Of a stretch of 64,000 nucleotides of DNA, positions 11,400 to 25,548 are shown in pieces. The first letter of the stretch is position 1, and every line of letters starts with the position of its first letter. The notes beneath the pieces were generated by a model. It was not told the DNA's origin, searched no databases, and saw nothing but the letters and a program-made list of their open reading frames with translations. The DNA is from Octopus sinensis (taxonomy: Eukaryota), in assembly GCF_006345805.1 (NCBI RefSeq), contig NC_043002.1, positions 22,196,001 through 22,260,000 of the forward strand. The letters are read 5' to 3'. The position numbers and the translations under genes are program-made.

Positions 11400-12730
11400 T
11401 AGTTTTGATTACTGTTTCAACGCTGGTAGGGAACTGTTGACATGCCTACTCTACATAATCCTTATTCATTTCGGGTATCACCTGACCAAAGGTGTTCTTC
11501 GGTGAAGCTATGGTATTTTGTGTATGTCGATTAGTTTCACATTTCAACAACGCTCCAAACTTAATAGTCCATTAGATTTAAATGTAGTCACAAATTTAGT
11601 ATTACATGATCGTAAAGCTTGTCTGACACCCTTTCTTGAGTTTCATGAGCTTTGTGAGAAGGTATTGATTCTTGTTGAAACACGTATGACCTTCCACTGC
11701 ACATTTCATCTATCCAGAGTTTAACAGCTGTCCCCGTTGTTTGTTTGCTCCTTTTCGAGCCACGCCTGGCTCATAGGGCCGGTTTCCCAGTTTCCTTGGC
11801 GTATAGGTTCCCCACCTGGACGGGACGCCGATCCGTCGCAGATGAGCTGCAAGATGCAGGAGGGAAGAGTGAGAGAAAGTTGTGGCGAAAGAGTCAGCAG
11901 AAGTTCGCCATTAACCTTCTGCCGGAGCCGCGTGGAACTTAGCTGTTTCGCTCATAAATACACACATCACCTGGCCTCAGATTCAAACCTGGGATCCCTC
12001 GACCGCGATTCCACTGCTCTAACCACTATGCCATGTGCCTTTACTAGCAGTTCCCAATACCTCAGGGTAACTAACAACATTAACTCCAAAACCCTGTAGA
12101 AAGATGTGAAGTGATACAACATCATCTTCGTTACTGATTACTCCTAAAACTCTCACAAGAGCTGGAAGCAGTGTGCATCATTTAGAGAGCATTGGAAGGA
12201 TCTGCACACAACCAACAGTAATATTTTTCTTTTAATTTATTTGATTATTGTCGAAGTGTTTCACATCAGAGAGAAACCAGAGCATGTCATATCGTTGAAT
12301 GTTTTTTATCCTTGTTAAGGAACCGCTTGAATAGTTTTCCTGTGTTTTTGCAGGCATAAACTGGGCTCTATTCAGTACATACGACTTGTCTCGAATGTCC
12401 TTGTACACGACAGTTCTGATAGTTCACTTCGATACCGGAAGTTCTTCGGCTCCATCGATTTTGCGGGATCATCGATATTTTGAACTCGTAGGAGGAATTG
12501 CAGTATCCTTATAATATCCGAATATTTAGAATGTCTTCTCATTGGAACCGTTGTAAGATTCCTGCAAGAGACTTCCGATTCCACCTGAACTTTGTGTACA
12601 AATTTAGAAAGCTGATAGTTTCTAAATTGTTGTGTTCCGCACATATAACAACAATAACCGCATATATATTTTCTATTTCTTGGGTTAGCATTTCATCTGG
12701 CAAGGGGATCTGACAGATATAAAACATTTT
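11400..12730 (-). pseudogene. Near full-length degenerate DD37D/maT-like Tc1-mariner transposase, interrupted by a SINE at 11726-12045
   Basis: Minus-strand frames give AVIVVICAEHNNLE, RVQNIDDPAKSM, MLWFLSDVKHFD, WLCADPS, VLGVISNEDDV, KLWIDEMCSGRSYVFQQESIPSHKAHETQ, with many stops and frameshifts. Confidence 0.8.
11726..12045 (-). mobile_element. tRNA-derived SINE with V-domain-like tail, inserted in the transposase
   Basis: Reverse complement head ggcacatggcatagtggttagagc...ggtttgaatc; tail gcgacggatcggcgtcccgtccaggtggggaac...gggaaaccggccctatgagcc, shared with 27082-27338. Confidence 0.8.
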
Positions 12731-12940
12731 AAATAGTCTGAAGAGAGTAATATACTGATTACTGATAATTAACTGTTCTCAAATACCTTTCACACCTTAA
12801 ACACACACACATATGCACGCACGCATACACACCCATACATACCCTTACACACACACATATATGTATGTACACACACACACACGTATATTGATAGATAGGT
12901 AGATATATATATATGCGTGTGTGCGTTTATATAGATATAT

Positions 12941-13029
<89 letters not shown>

Positions 13030-13134
13030 ATAGATAGATTAACAGATAAAGAAAGAGATAAAGAGAGAGAATGAGGGAGGGAGAAAGAGCGAGAGAGAGA
13101 GAGATAGATAGAGTCCCTCTGGAATGTATGTACA

Positions 13135-14180
13135 TATAAAGTCAGTGTTTATCAAAAATACATTCTATCTTCAAAATCTTACAGACAGAATTTCATTTCT
13201 ATGAACGTCTGTTTTCAAACTAATGATCGTTCTCCGGGATTTGCTGAAAACGCGAAACATTTCGTTCGGGATTTCTGTGCATTTTCGTTCGCTGACTGTC
13301 TTTATTTCGTCGACTGTTACCGGTTATATAGCGTAAATTTTATTTCTCAAGTATCTTCATAAAAAGTCTTGTTTTGTGGGATGCATTGAATACAGAGAAT
13401 TCAGTAAAATCTCATTAAGGTAGGCCTTTATATTTGTATGGGGATGTGTTTGTGCCCATCCCACTTGATGGACATAAAACTTCACGTTTTCAAAGTTCGC
13501 TTGAATGCTTGTCATGACAGATTGTTGCAGCAAGTTCAAATAAATTGAACCATTCACAGTGCTGCAAAAAATCTTAATGGTTCAATTAATCCTTTTGATG
13601 AAAAACCGCACGACACAGTAACTCCTGGTCAATTAACACGATGTTCCGCTGTAATATCGGATTCTCGTGTCCTCATTAGGTCTAATTGTGGTGGTTACTC
13701 GAGTCATTTAATTTAAATGTAGCCCCATCACTCGAAACAGACTTTGTTGAAAAGTGTGCATCTTCTACACATCTTCCCAAGAGCCTCTTTCCAACATCTT
13801 CATTGAGTGCATATACCATATTTGGAATGTAACTGTTTCAATGACAGCGCTTCAAAATGCGTTGGACGCTTGATTTTGATATTTCTATCTCACGACACGT
13901 TAACTGCACATATATTCTTGAACTCTAGCCCTACGTTTCTAAGACCCTTTCTTTCTGTGTGTGGCTCATCGATGTCCCTCCATGGCTTACGGAGTATTTA
14001 TTGTGGTCATTCTGTACAGTTTCACCTGCTTCAAGCTTACCTTTAATTCGAATGAAGGTAAGTCGCTTGGGTGGATCTGTTTGAAGCTTCCTCCTAAAAA
14101 GTCCTTATATTTCGACTGTGTTTTCAAAATTCCTGTGGTACTTTAGAAGTTTTCCTTCTTTGGCTTCCTTAATTATTTCT
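13135..14180 (-). pseudogene. Near full-length degenerate DD41D-like (rosa/Visitor-type) Tc1-mariner transposase
   Basis: Minus strand: [85 protein letters not shown]. Confidence 0.8.
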
Positions 14181-15204
14181 AATGGCTTAAATAAAAAGAA
14201 AATAGCTGTCTTATAGAAGCACCAGGTTTGAGGTTTTTCGTGATTTAGGTGTTTCATCTACTATAATACTTGATTGGTAATTTATTTTATCGATCCAAGC
14301 GGGATGAATGTTCATGTTGACTTCGACTGGATTTGGACTCAAATGTAAAGAAATACCGCAAGACATATGTTCCATGTTCTAACATTTCTGCTGGTTCACC
14401 GACATAATGGGATATTTTTAATCCAAAACAGGTGAAAATTTTAGAAGCTGTGTAACTAAAAATGACAAAACGTGAAAGTCTTAAATCGAATAAAATGGTG
14501 TGAAACCGTAATAACTAGGAAGTTCAATAACAAGGGATTAGCAATAAATAACCAAATCGATATAGAAAACAAAACAAGAAGTAATATTTTAAATGAGGAT
14601 AATTAGAGTAATTAGAGGTACAAAATTAAAGACACAAGACTCCATATCAAACATGCCAAAGCATGTGCCCTCTTCCAGTTCTCACCGCACCCTTCAGCTG
14701 CATAATAAAAGGAGGAGTGTTAAGCATGCCGAGCTTAACACTCCTACCAGACATTCGCAAAATTCCTTTAAAATGTCCCCTTCATCATCAGCTTCTATTT
14801 TATGTAGTACTTGAAGAAGCTGACTGTTTTTCAACTCTTCAACTGCATCGACAAGATTCTCTTCGCCATGAATAGTCAGTTGACAAATGATGACTACACC
14901 CGTCTCAATTTGCCAAAGGAAATTGAAGGATCTATGTTCACGATAGACGCGGCTGAGAGCCAAACCTGTCTTCGACATAAACCCACAATTCTACAACGAA
15001 CTGACAATGAGCTTTTGCATGCAGAGTAACTTCCCATCCGGTTGTAGAGGGGTATACGCAAAACTTTTCTTGTGAACAAATCTTGTCTTCCTTTGCAAAC
15101 TGTGTGTGCATCCATATGAGTAAAAATCATTCAAACGTCATATTGACTACTTAGACAAATGTACACTATTTACAAGCGTGTATCCTCTTATCATTTAGTT
15201 TTTA

Positions 15205-15660
15205 CCTTTTATTTGTTTCAGTACTGAACTGTGATCATGCTGGGACACCACCTGAAGAGTCTAGTTGAAATAATCGACCCCAGGACTTATTCTTTGTAAG
15301 CCTTGTACTTATTCAATCGTTCTCTTTTGCAGAACCGCTAAGTTACGGGGACGTAAACACACCTGCATCGGTTGTCAAGTGATGTTTGGGGAACAAAGAC
15401 AGACACACACGCACACATACACACACACACATATGTATATGTATATATATACATATACATATATATATATATATATATATGTATATACATATATACGACA
15501 GGCTTCTTTCAGTTTCCGTCTACCAACTCCACTCACAAGGCTTTGGTCGGCCCGAGGCTATAATAGAAGACACTTGCCCAAGGTGCCACGCAGTGGGACT
15601 GAACCCGGAACCATGGGGTTGGTAAGGAAGCTACTTACCACACAGCCACGCCTACGCCCT
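15205..15660 (-). mobile_element. SINE family C, near full length
   Basis: Same head, core and tail as the 9205-9625 copy, with an internal (TA)n. Confidence 0.9.
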
Positions 15661-15794
15661 ACACTGTAAATACCGAATTCCCTAGCAAGCCATTCATGAT
15701 CTTGGGGCCATTGTAGAAGACATTTGTCCAAGGAGCCGTGCAAGCAAGATTCTTAACCTTTCAGCCATAGAAATGTGGATACCTATGTTAATGG

Positions 15795-17030
15795 TTTCAA
15801 ATTTTGGTACAGAGCCAGCAGTTTTTGATGGGAGAGGGAAGTCGATTACATCGATCCCGGTATTTGACTAGTACATATTTTATCGACTCCAAAATTTGAA
15901 CTAAGAATGTAAATATGAACGAATTGCCACTAAGATCCCGGCGTACTAATGACTGTCGCCTTGAAGAAATCCTTTCTACAATAGGCACAAGGGCATAACA
16001 TTTTGGTAGAGGGGTCTATTTGACTGCTAATTATTTTATTGACCCCGAAAGGATAAATGGCTAAGTCGACTTTGGCAGCATTTAAAGTAAGAATGTAAAG
16101 ATGGACGAAATGATACTTGTGCCCGGCGTACTAACGATTGTTGTCTTCAAGAAATCTGTAACAATCCTTTCTATTATATGCACAAGGCATGAAAGATGAG
16201 GAAGTTGTCTGTTCGACTACATAAATCCCAGAGTTCAAATGTTACTTATTTTATCAACCACGAAATGACGAAAGGTAAAGTCGACCTCTGCGGAATTTGA
16301 ATTTAGAATGTAAAGGCGGATGCAGTACCGCTAAGCATTTTGTCCGGCGTGCTAACGGTTCTACCAGCTCGTTGCCTTTGCGGTTGTGCTAATAATAATA
16401 TTGGTTAAGGAGGCAGCGAGCTGGCAGAAACGTTAGAACACCGGGCGAAATGCGTAGCCGTATTTCGTCCGCCGTTACGTTCTGAGTTCAAATTCCGCCG
16501 AGGTCGACTTTGCCTTTCATCCTTTCGGGGTCGATTAAATAAGTACCAATTACGCACTGGGGTCGATATAATCGACTTAATCCATTTGTCTGTCCTTGTT
16601 TGTTCTCTCTGTGTTTAGCCCCTTGTGGGTAGTAAAGAAATAGGTATTTCGTCTGCCATTACGTTCTGAGTTCAAATTCCGCCGAGGTCGACTTTTCCTT
16701 TCATCTTTTAGGGGTTGATAAATTAAGTACCAGTTGCCTACTGAGGTCGATCTACTCGACTGGCCCCCTTGCCCAAAATTTCGGGCTTTGTGCCTAGAGT
16801 AGAAAAGAGTAATATTAGTGTAAGTTAGCGAACTGGCAGAATCGTTAGTAAGCCAGACAGAATACTTAGCGGCATTTCGTCTGTCTGCATGTTCTGAGTT
16901 CAAATCCTGCTGAGGTCGACTTTTCTTTTCATTCTTTCGGAGTCGATTAAATAAGTACCAGTTGAATACTGGGATCGATGTTACCGACTAACTCCTCCTC
17001 TAAAATTTCTGGCCCTGGGCCAAAATTCAA
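15795..17030. mobile_element. Cluster of about 6 SINE family A copies (three minus-strand 15795-16380; plus-strand dimer 16408-16810 and monomer 16820-17030)
   Basis: Repeated gagttcaaattccgccgaggtcgactttgcctttcatcctttcggggtcgat motif in both orientations. Confidence 0.85.
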
Positions 17031-17164
17031 AACTAGTAATAGTATTGGTGGTTGTGTAGGTGGTGCTCATGTTGAGAAGACGAGCGAAGTGTGGAGTGAT
17101 GGTGCGTGGGCGTGTGGGAGTAATTCAGGAAGATATTGAAGCGGAAAACTAACAAATGACAAAC

Positions 17165-18142
17165 GAGTGGGTGTGTGTGTGTGTGCACATTTATGTGTGC
17201 ATGTAAGCATATGCGTATGGGATCATGTTCATATATGCGTCTGTTTATGTATGCGCGTATTTTTATATATATATATATGTGTGTGTGTGTGTATTCTCTG
17301 CGTGTGTTTATGTATGTTTGCTTGCGTGTGCTTATCTGTGTGTGTGCGTGTTTATGAGTGTATGCATATATGTGTGTGAGTGTGTGTGTTTCTGCGAGTG
17401 TATGTTTATATGTGTTTACGTGCGTGTATGTATGCTTGCTTGCGTGTGGTTATATGTGTGTGTATGCGTTGATGATTGTGTGTATATGTGTGTGTAGGTG
17501 TAGTCGTTTTTACGTGCATGTATGTATGCGTGCACGTGTTTATGTGCGTGCGTGTGCGTTTCTGCGAGTGTTTGTTTATATGTATGTCTATTTATGTTTT
17601 TCTGTGTGTTTATGTGTATGTATGTGTATGTTTGTGTTTATGAGTGTGTGTGTGTGAGCGAGTGTGTTTGTACGTGTGCGTGTTTATGTAAGCACTTATA
17701 TATTCGCGCTTGTATTTCTATATATTTACATGTGTGTGTATGAGAGAGTGTGTGTATGTGTGCGTGAGTGTGTGCGTGCGTGTGTGTGTGTATTTATGTG
17801 CATCCATTTATGCGTACATGTATTTATGTAAGCATGTACTTCTATGTGTTTATGAGTATATCTGCTTATGTATGTGTTTATGCGTGCACGTTCTTATGTG
17901 GGCGATTATGTGTGTGTGTGTGTGTATGCATATGCATGTATGTATGTATTTATGTTTATGTGTGTATTTGAACGTGTGTGTATGTTTATGTGCATAAGTT
18001 TGTGCGTGTTTGGATGTGTGTAGTTTCGTACGTGGGTGCAAAGAATGAGTGCAGGCGTGTGTGTATGTGAGTGTGTGTATTTGTGTGTGTGTATGAGTGT
18101 GTGTGTGAGTGTGTGTGTGTGTGTGTGTATGAGTGAGTGTTT

Positions 18143-18175
<33 letters not shown>

Positions 18176-19720
18176 CATTACGCTATCAAGTGATATCACG
18201 TTATATTGGCACCAGCACGCACTTATTATCCACCATCGAACGGCAAGGTCATCACCCCCACCCACACTCCACTGCTACCAACAACCACCGCCGACAACGT
18301 CGTCACCACTGCAGCAACACCGTCACCACCATCGTTACCACCACCACCACCGCCACCACCACTGCGGCTCTCGCTCCCGCCCCTGCTCCCGGCCTCCGCT
18401 CCCGCCCACCCCGATCCCGGCCCCCACTCCCGGAACCCTGCTCCTGCCCCGCCGCCACTGCTGCTGTGACTGCCGCTGCCACCATTACTTCTACTATCAC
18501 CGCCACCACCACCGCTGCCATCATCGTCATCACCACCATTGCCTCTATCGCCGCCCCCACCGCCGCCCAACCACCGCCGCCGCCGCTTTCACTGTCATTT
18601 TCGTCGCTGGTACCACCATCATCAGCAACAACAATAACTACCAATACCAGTTACTATCGCAACTATTAAAACTCCCCCACCACCACCACCACAGTACCAT
18701 CACCACCACTGCTACCACTCATGCACCCAATACATCTTGAACTACAACTCATTTTTATTATCACGACCCCTTCGTGCACCACCACCACCACCACCACCAC
18801 CACCAGCGACAAGAACATTACAATAGAACCACCATAACTAACACCCCAACCACTACCACTACCACCACCACCAACAACAACAACAACACCACAACCATAC
18901 CCACTATCATCATCACCACCATCCCCATCATCAATACCACCATAAGCATCACTGCTACCGTCGTCACTACCACCACCACCACCACCACCACCACCACCAC
19001 CACCATACCCACTATCATCATCACCACCATCACCGTCATCAATACCACCATAAGCCTCACAGCTACCATCGTCACCACCACCACAGCCACCACCATACCC
19101 ACTATCATCATCACCATCATCAATACCACCATAAGCCTCACAGCTACCATCGTCACCACCATCACAACCACTACCACCACCACCACCACCATCACAACCA
19201 CAACCACCACCACCACTACCACCACAACCACCATCATACCCACCATCATCATCACCACCATAAGCATCACTGCTACCGTCGCCACCACCGACACCACCTC
19301 ATACGATACATTATTGCATCAAGAGCGCAGTTCATTCTGTTGTGCTTTTGTTGCATCATCAACATCATCCTCTTTCTTCTCCTCGTCCTCCGCCGCCTCC
19401 GACAATCCTTTTGTCATTGTTCATCACCATCTTCAGTATGGTCTTAATGATCATACGGACGATAAACTGATAATAATGATAATCATCGTTGTTAACTCCT
19501 TCCTCATCATCTTAATCATCGTCGTCGTCTTCGTCGTCGTCGATATCTCTACCACCACCACACCACCACCACCATCATCATCATCATCACTGCAATCATC
19601 CTCCTTCTCTTCATCATCATCATCATCACAATCATCACTCCCAAAATTTTCATCATCATCATCACCATCAGAATCAGCAAAGCAGCAGCATCATCCCTAT
19701 CTCTCATATCATTGCCTCCG
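17165..19720. repeat. Degenerate (TG)n field (17165-18175) followed by a (CAC/CAT/CGC)n trinucleotide mosaic with 90-141 bp higher-order units
   Basis: Direct inspection; unit anchor accatacccactatcatcatcacc near 18894, 19002, 19092 and 19233. Confidence 0.85.
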
Positions 19721-20519
19721 TTTCGCACCATCATCAACCACACCGCCAAATCTCTTTCTAATCGCTACCTAATGATTATACCCAGACCTCTCAGCCTCCC
19801 AGCGGTCCAGCCGTCCACTGCCAATGTGTTTATTAACATGCATTGCCTTGCTGATGTTTAAGGTGAACGCAAACTGTATGAGTCTGAGCAGCGTCAGAGA
19901 GCTTACGAATGTCAGGAGTCCGGTTCCCCACTTTTCTTCCATGACAAAATCATGAAGCGTAGTTTACATGTTCAGCAATGAAAATTCAAAATAACCAGGT
20001 AAAGGAAACTGACCTAGGAATTCTTTGTTGACTAATTAAACATGTTGCCTTCAGACAAAAGAAAACACATTTCTGTTACCTTTCATCTTAATTTATAGTA
20101 CTAATATATGCCTTAGTATTGGCTGATTTAGATTCAAGCAGTTCAATAACTTAGCTAAGCAGAATTAGTTGATTGTTTTATATAATGATCCACGCAAGTC
20201 TTGTATAATGTTCTCTTGAGAATCATCATATAATTTAACTTTATAAAAATATCCTGAATTAAAAACATAAGGAAGAAATATCCAAGTGCATGCACAGAAC
20301 ATACAGATTGCTTAAAGTTTTCAAACCTAAGTTAGCTGTAAGAACAGAGACCGATAAGAGTGATTTCCCCCTTGGTGGTTTAAACAAATTTAAAATCATC
20401 GTAAGATATTGCCTGGAATTTTCAATGGTCTTTGTATTGTATTTCTTCAATTATTAATGACCTGAAGTTCCTTATACTAATTCTAATACTAATTTCGAAC
20501 AACGAAAAAAAAAACAAAA

Positions 20520-20715
20520 ACAAATAAACAAACAGAGAAACGAGAATGCAGCATAAAGAATATTCCCCTTCATCAGTTGTCCCTGTTTCATCTACTCCGC
20601 GTCTCTAAGGTAAGGACAATACGCGACTTCTTTGAAACTTTCCTTCCCGCAAAGCAAATTAAATAATATTTGGGATTTTTTGCGGGGGGTAAAAGTGGTA
20701 ACAAGAACAGGACAG
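20520..20715 (-). repeat. Fragment of interspersed family D (possibly a Penelope-like 3' end)
   Basis: Reverse complement cccccgcaaaaaatcccaaatattatttaatttgctttgcgggaagg...actgatgaaggggaat matches 24780-24900 and the units at 39757-42200. Confidence 0.7.
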
Positions 20716-20722
20716 TGAGAAC

Positions 20723-20835
<113 letters not shown>

Positions 20836-21989
20836 CCTACCTACCTATTTACCTACCTATCTATCTAAGTCTATAGATACATAGATAGCCATGGATAAAT
20901 ATGTATTTCACACAGACACACTTAGATATATATAATACATATTTATACGTGCCTAAGTATGAAAAGCATGTATGTACATACATATACACAAATGTACATA
21001 CGTGCATACGTACATATGTAAATATATACATACATACATATATACATACACACAAACACACACATATATATAAACACAGACACACATACATATAAACATA
21101 CACATAAACACACGCATATATATACACACGCATAAATATATGCATACATATATACATTTAAAACTGCGCACATACAAATGTATTCACGCATACAAACACA
21201 CATACAAACACCCACGCACGTACATAAATATATGTATGCTTAACTATACCATATGTATGTATGGTGTGTGTGTATGTGCGTGCGTACGTGCGTGCGTGCG
21301 TGCGTGCGTGCGTGCATACAAATACAAACTCACGCATATATCTACGTGTAAACAAGAGACACATCAGCAACAACGACGACAACAACAACACCAGTAACAA
21401 TAACGGTAACAACAACAACAAGAGAGACAAAAAGAAAACTGAACTCGCTGATAAATGATGTAAATCAATCACTGTGTGTGTGTTAATGATCTGGTTTCGC
21501 CTCACTTTCGTGATCATTATACAAAATAGACACAACTGAAATTCGAAACCACGCTTCACCGTTGTCAGCTTGTTCATTTAGTCTGATACACATCGACCAA
21601 ACTAATCAACCAACCAACCGACCGACCGACCATCTAACCGAAATCACTCCCATATAAACCAAAAGAACACAGAACCAATCCGACCCAACCCAATCTCCAT
21701 GCGATCGCATCTCACCATTTCCATCACTCTTGTCTCTATCACGCATGAGATTTTTTTATTTTTAAAAAATTTATATCAGATATTTATTTGTTGTGATTTA
21801 TTTGTTAGATATTTTTTTTTGTTAGTTTTTGTTTTTGTCCTTTTTTCGTTCTTTTCTCTGCCGACAACATCTCGTCCCCTCACCTCTGCGCCTCCGCGCT
21901 TCCGCGCCTCCTCGCATCCTCACCGTTATTGACCTTCTTTAAAGGCTCCTACGCCACAAAACATTGTGTCGTGTCAATTGCCCCTTCAA

Positions 21990-22080
21990 AACGCACCTGC
22001 TGCATCGCAACATTGCCCACTTTTGCAACCAACATCTACTGGACAATGATAATGATGATGATGATGAAGGTATTCATGAC

Positions 22081-22156
<76 letters not shown>

Positions 22157-22442
22157 GTGGCGATGGGGACGAGGGTAATGAAGATGTTGTTAATGATAAT
22201 GACAACGGCATACGGCTAGTTCCTCTGCATTTATCTGTAATGATGTAACACTGTTTTCATTGCACAGTTCTATGTATTTGTTTTGATTTGTCTTGATGAC
22301 CGGCGATAATTTCATCGTCGTCGTTATCATTATCATCATCCTCATCATCATCATCATCACTATCATCCCCTCAAACCTCCACTCCCACTTCCCACCATTA
22401 TCAGCAGCCACTGCCGCCTCCGCAGCCACTGCCAAAACCACC

Positions 22443-22474
<32 letters not shown>

Positions 22475-22560
22475 CACCAACAACAAACAACAACAATAAC
22501 ATCCTCATCTTCCTCCTCCTCCTCCTCTTCCCCTCCTCCTCCTCCTCCTCCTCCTCATCG
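21990..22560. repeat. (GAT)n, (CAT)n, (CAA)n and (CCT)n trinucleotide microsatellites
   Basis: Direct inspection. Confidence 0.9.
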
Positions 22561-22779
22561 TCTTTATCACAACCTCTGCCACCATCATCATCATTAACTA
22601 AAACAACATTGACAGAAAATAACAGTGGAAAGCAATTACATTGAACTTTAACATTTCATAGCACATGAGGGCCATAAACACACACTCCTACATACATCCA
22701 TATGCATGTATATATATATATATATATACATATATATACATGCATATATATCTATCTATATATATATATATATATATAT

Positions 22780-22810
<31 letters not shown>

Positions 22811-23149
22811 CATACATACATACATACATACATACATTTATACAGGTACATTATATAGATATATTCGTAGATATATTTATAAACAGATATGTATTGTATA
22901 TACATATACAAATACGTACACACACACACAAGTATCAACTACTTTTGAATGAGAATTTAATCGGTGCCTGTTTGATGGTATCCAAGGTCAGTGTATATAT
23001 TTTGACAGCTTTAAACTGAAGTGGTGACTTTAAGGAATGACATGGGAGGTGACCAAAGCTGTCAGATGGTCTGACACGGCTGCAGCAAAAAAAATAGTGA
23101 CGAACTACACACACACACACACACACACATACACACACACACACATACA

Positions 23150-23185
<36 letters not shown>

Positions 23186-23586
23186 AGCATACAGACACCT
23201 CTCTTTTTCTCCCTGTGTCACACTGTCTTTCTGTCAGTCTCTGTCTTCGTCTGTCTAGCTCTCTCTTACTCTCTTCCTCCTCGCTCTTCTCTCTCTATCT
23301 CTGTATATATATATGTACATGCATGTATATATGAATATATATATATATATGAATATGAATATATATATGTATATATATATATATATATATACACGTATAT
23401 ATATATATACATACATACATATATATATACATATAAATACATACATATATACATACATATAACATATATATATATATAAATACATACATATATACATACA
23501 TACATACATACATATACATATATATACATACATACATACATACATACATACATACATACATACATACATACATACATAATATATAT

Positions 23587-23631
<45 letters not shown>

Positions 23632-24017
23632 ATATATACATATACGAGAAAGAGGGAAATTTTGAGAGGAAAGAATTTGTGTATGCGTGTATCAGTATGT
23701 GTTGTTTTACCGATGGATTCAGAAGCCGTCCCAGTTTGGTTGTATTTATCTGACAAGCTAACACTTCAGATCTGCCATCCTGTCTAAAGTTCACTGACCC
23801 CAGAATACGAGAACGTAAATATATAGCTGTAATTAAATGCAGGAGAGGGGAAAGTCTTTTGCGCTTGCAGAATAAGAGGACGTGATCCTCTTCGACACAA
23901 GCTTACAAGGGTAAAACACAATAATGAACATAAATTTGCCTGTACCTAAGTGAGCCTGTATGTATGTATGTATGTATGTATGTACTTTTGAAATGTATGT
24001 TTGTATCTCTCTCTCTC

Positions 24018-24128
<111 letters not shown>

Positions 24129-24479
24129 ATACTCACAGATAGAGTGACAGACTGACAGATAGATAGATAACGAGATAGATAAGAGTAGTATAAGATATAA
24201 ATTCAGAGAATCAAGCAACTTTCACAGTAAGCTCTTCATAAGGAGTATGATTACAGTCTACATAGTAATCATAAAGGAGGCAAGGAAACGGCTGTAATCA
24301 TACGGAAGACATGATAAAACAAATCTTCCCCCAACTCTAGCACATCCTGATTTTTAGTTTATGTATATATATATATTATATGATCGAACGCCATGCATCT
24401 TTTTCCAAGTAAGTTTTATCCCAATAATTACGATGCGCACTCTTCTATCTTTAATATCACTTCTCTGTCTATCTTTCTA

Positions 24480-25020
24480 CCTCTCTTGTTCTTCATCCTT
24501 TCTGGTTTTCTCTGCCACCCACCTCTATTCTTTTCCACTCCTCTTCGCCGTTCCCTCTCTCTCACTCTTCCTCCTTGACTCTCTCGTCGCTGACACGTGA
24601 CGAAAGGGAATCTATCTTTCTACCCATTTCCTTCCTAAACACGTGCTTATACGTGTCTCCTCTCATGAGCTCGTCTTCCTAGCGTTCATAATAATTTTTC
24701 TATCGTCTTGACTTAACAGCCCTTACCGTTTGTTTCTACAGTCTTGTTCTCACTGTCCTTTCCTTGTTACCACTGTCACCCTCCGCAAAAAATCCCAAAT
24801 TTTATTTAATTTGCTTTGCGGGAAGGACTATTTCAACGAAGTCGCGTATTGTCCTTGCCTTCGAAAAGCGGAGTAGACGAAACAGACACAACTGATGAAG
24901 GGAAATGTTCTTTATGTTGCATGTCTCGTTTCTCTATTTGTTTTATTCGTTGTTCGAAAAACAGTTCGTTTTCTATGTTTTTGTTTTTGTTTTCGTTACT
25001 CATTGTGTTCAACGTTTTTT
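24480..25020 (+). repeat. Interspersed family D copy
   Basis: ttaacagccctt, ccctccgcaaaaaatcccaaatt and ttgctttgcgggaagga motifs shared with 20520-20715 and the triplicated unit. Confidence 0.65.
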
Positions 25021-25082
25021 TTTATGTCCTGTACCCATATATGCATGTATATATACATGCATACATTTATATATTTATATAC

Positions 25083-25126
<44 letters not shown>

Positions 25127-25150
25127 TATATTTGTGTGTGTGTGCATGTA

Positions 25151-25216
<66 letters not shown>

Positions 25217-25255
25217 ATATATATTATATATATATATATGTGTGTGTGTGTGTGG

Positions 25256-25286
<31 letters not shown>

Positions 25287-25548
25287 TTTCCAGATTCAAA
25301 TGATTTTCTGTTCATCTGTACTTTGTTCCGGTGTTGCGGTGTAAGTACCGAAGTTCAAATAGTGGCAAGCAGAAACTTAAACGAAACCGTATAGCAGAGG
25401 TCAAACAATGAAATCAGTTACTGTCATTCGTACTACCATAATGCCTTGTGTTTGCCAGCTCTAGTGATAACATTTTGTATTATTCTTTCAAGTTTCAGAA
25501 AGAAGCAAACCCAATCAATCATCTTCATAACTTATATCGATTGACTTA

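Noticed and set aside
12354-12487. Plus-strand candidate exon with an aspartic-protease-like FDTGSS motif
   Set aside because: It is the antisense of the maT-like transposase, so the motif is coincidental.
18774-19772. 332 aa Thr-rich mucin-like ORF
   Set aside because: Starts at GTG, is made of CAC/CAT triplet repeats that lack stops by composition, and has no domain or splice support.
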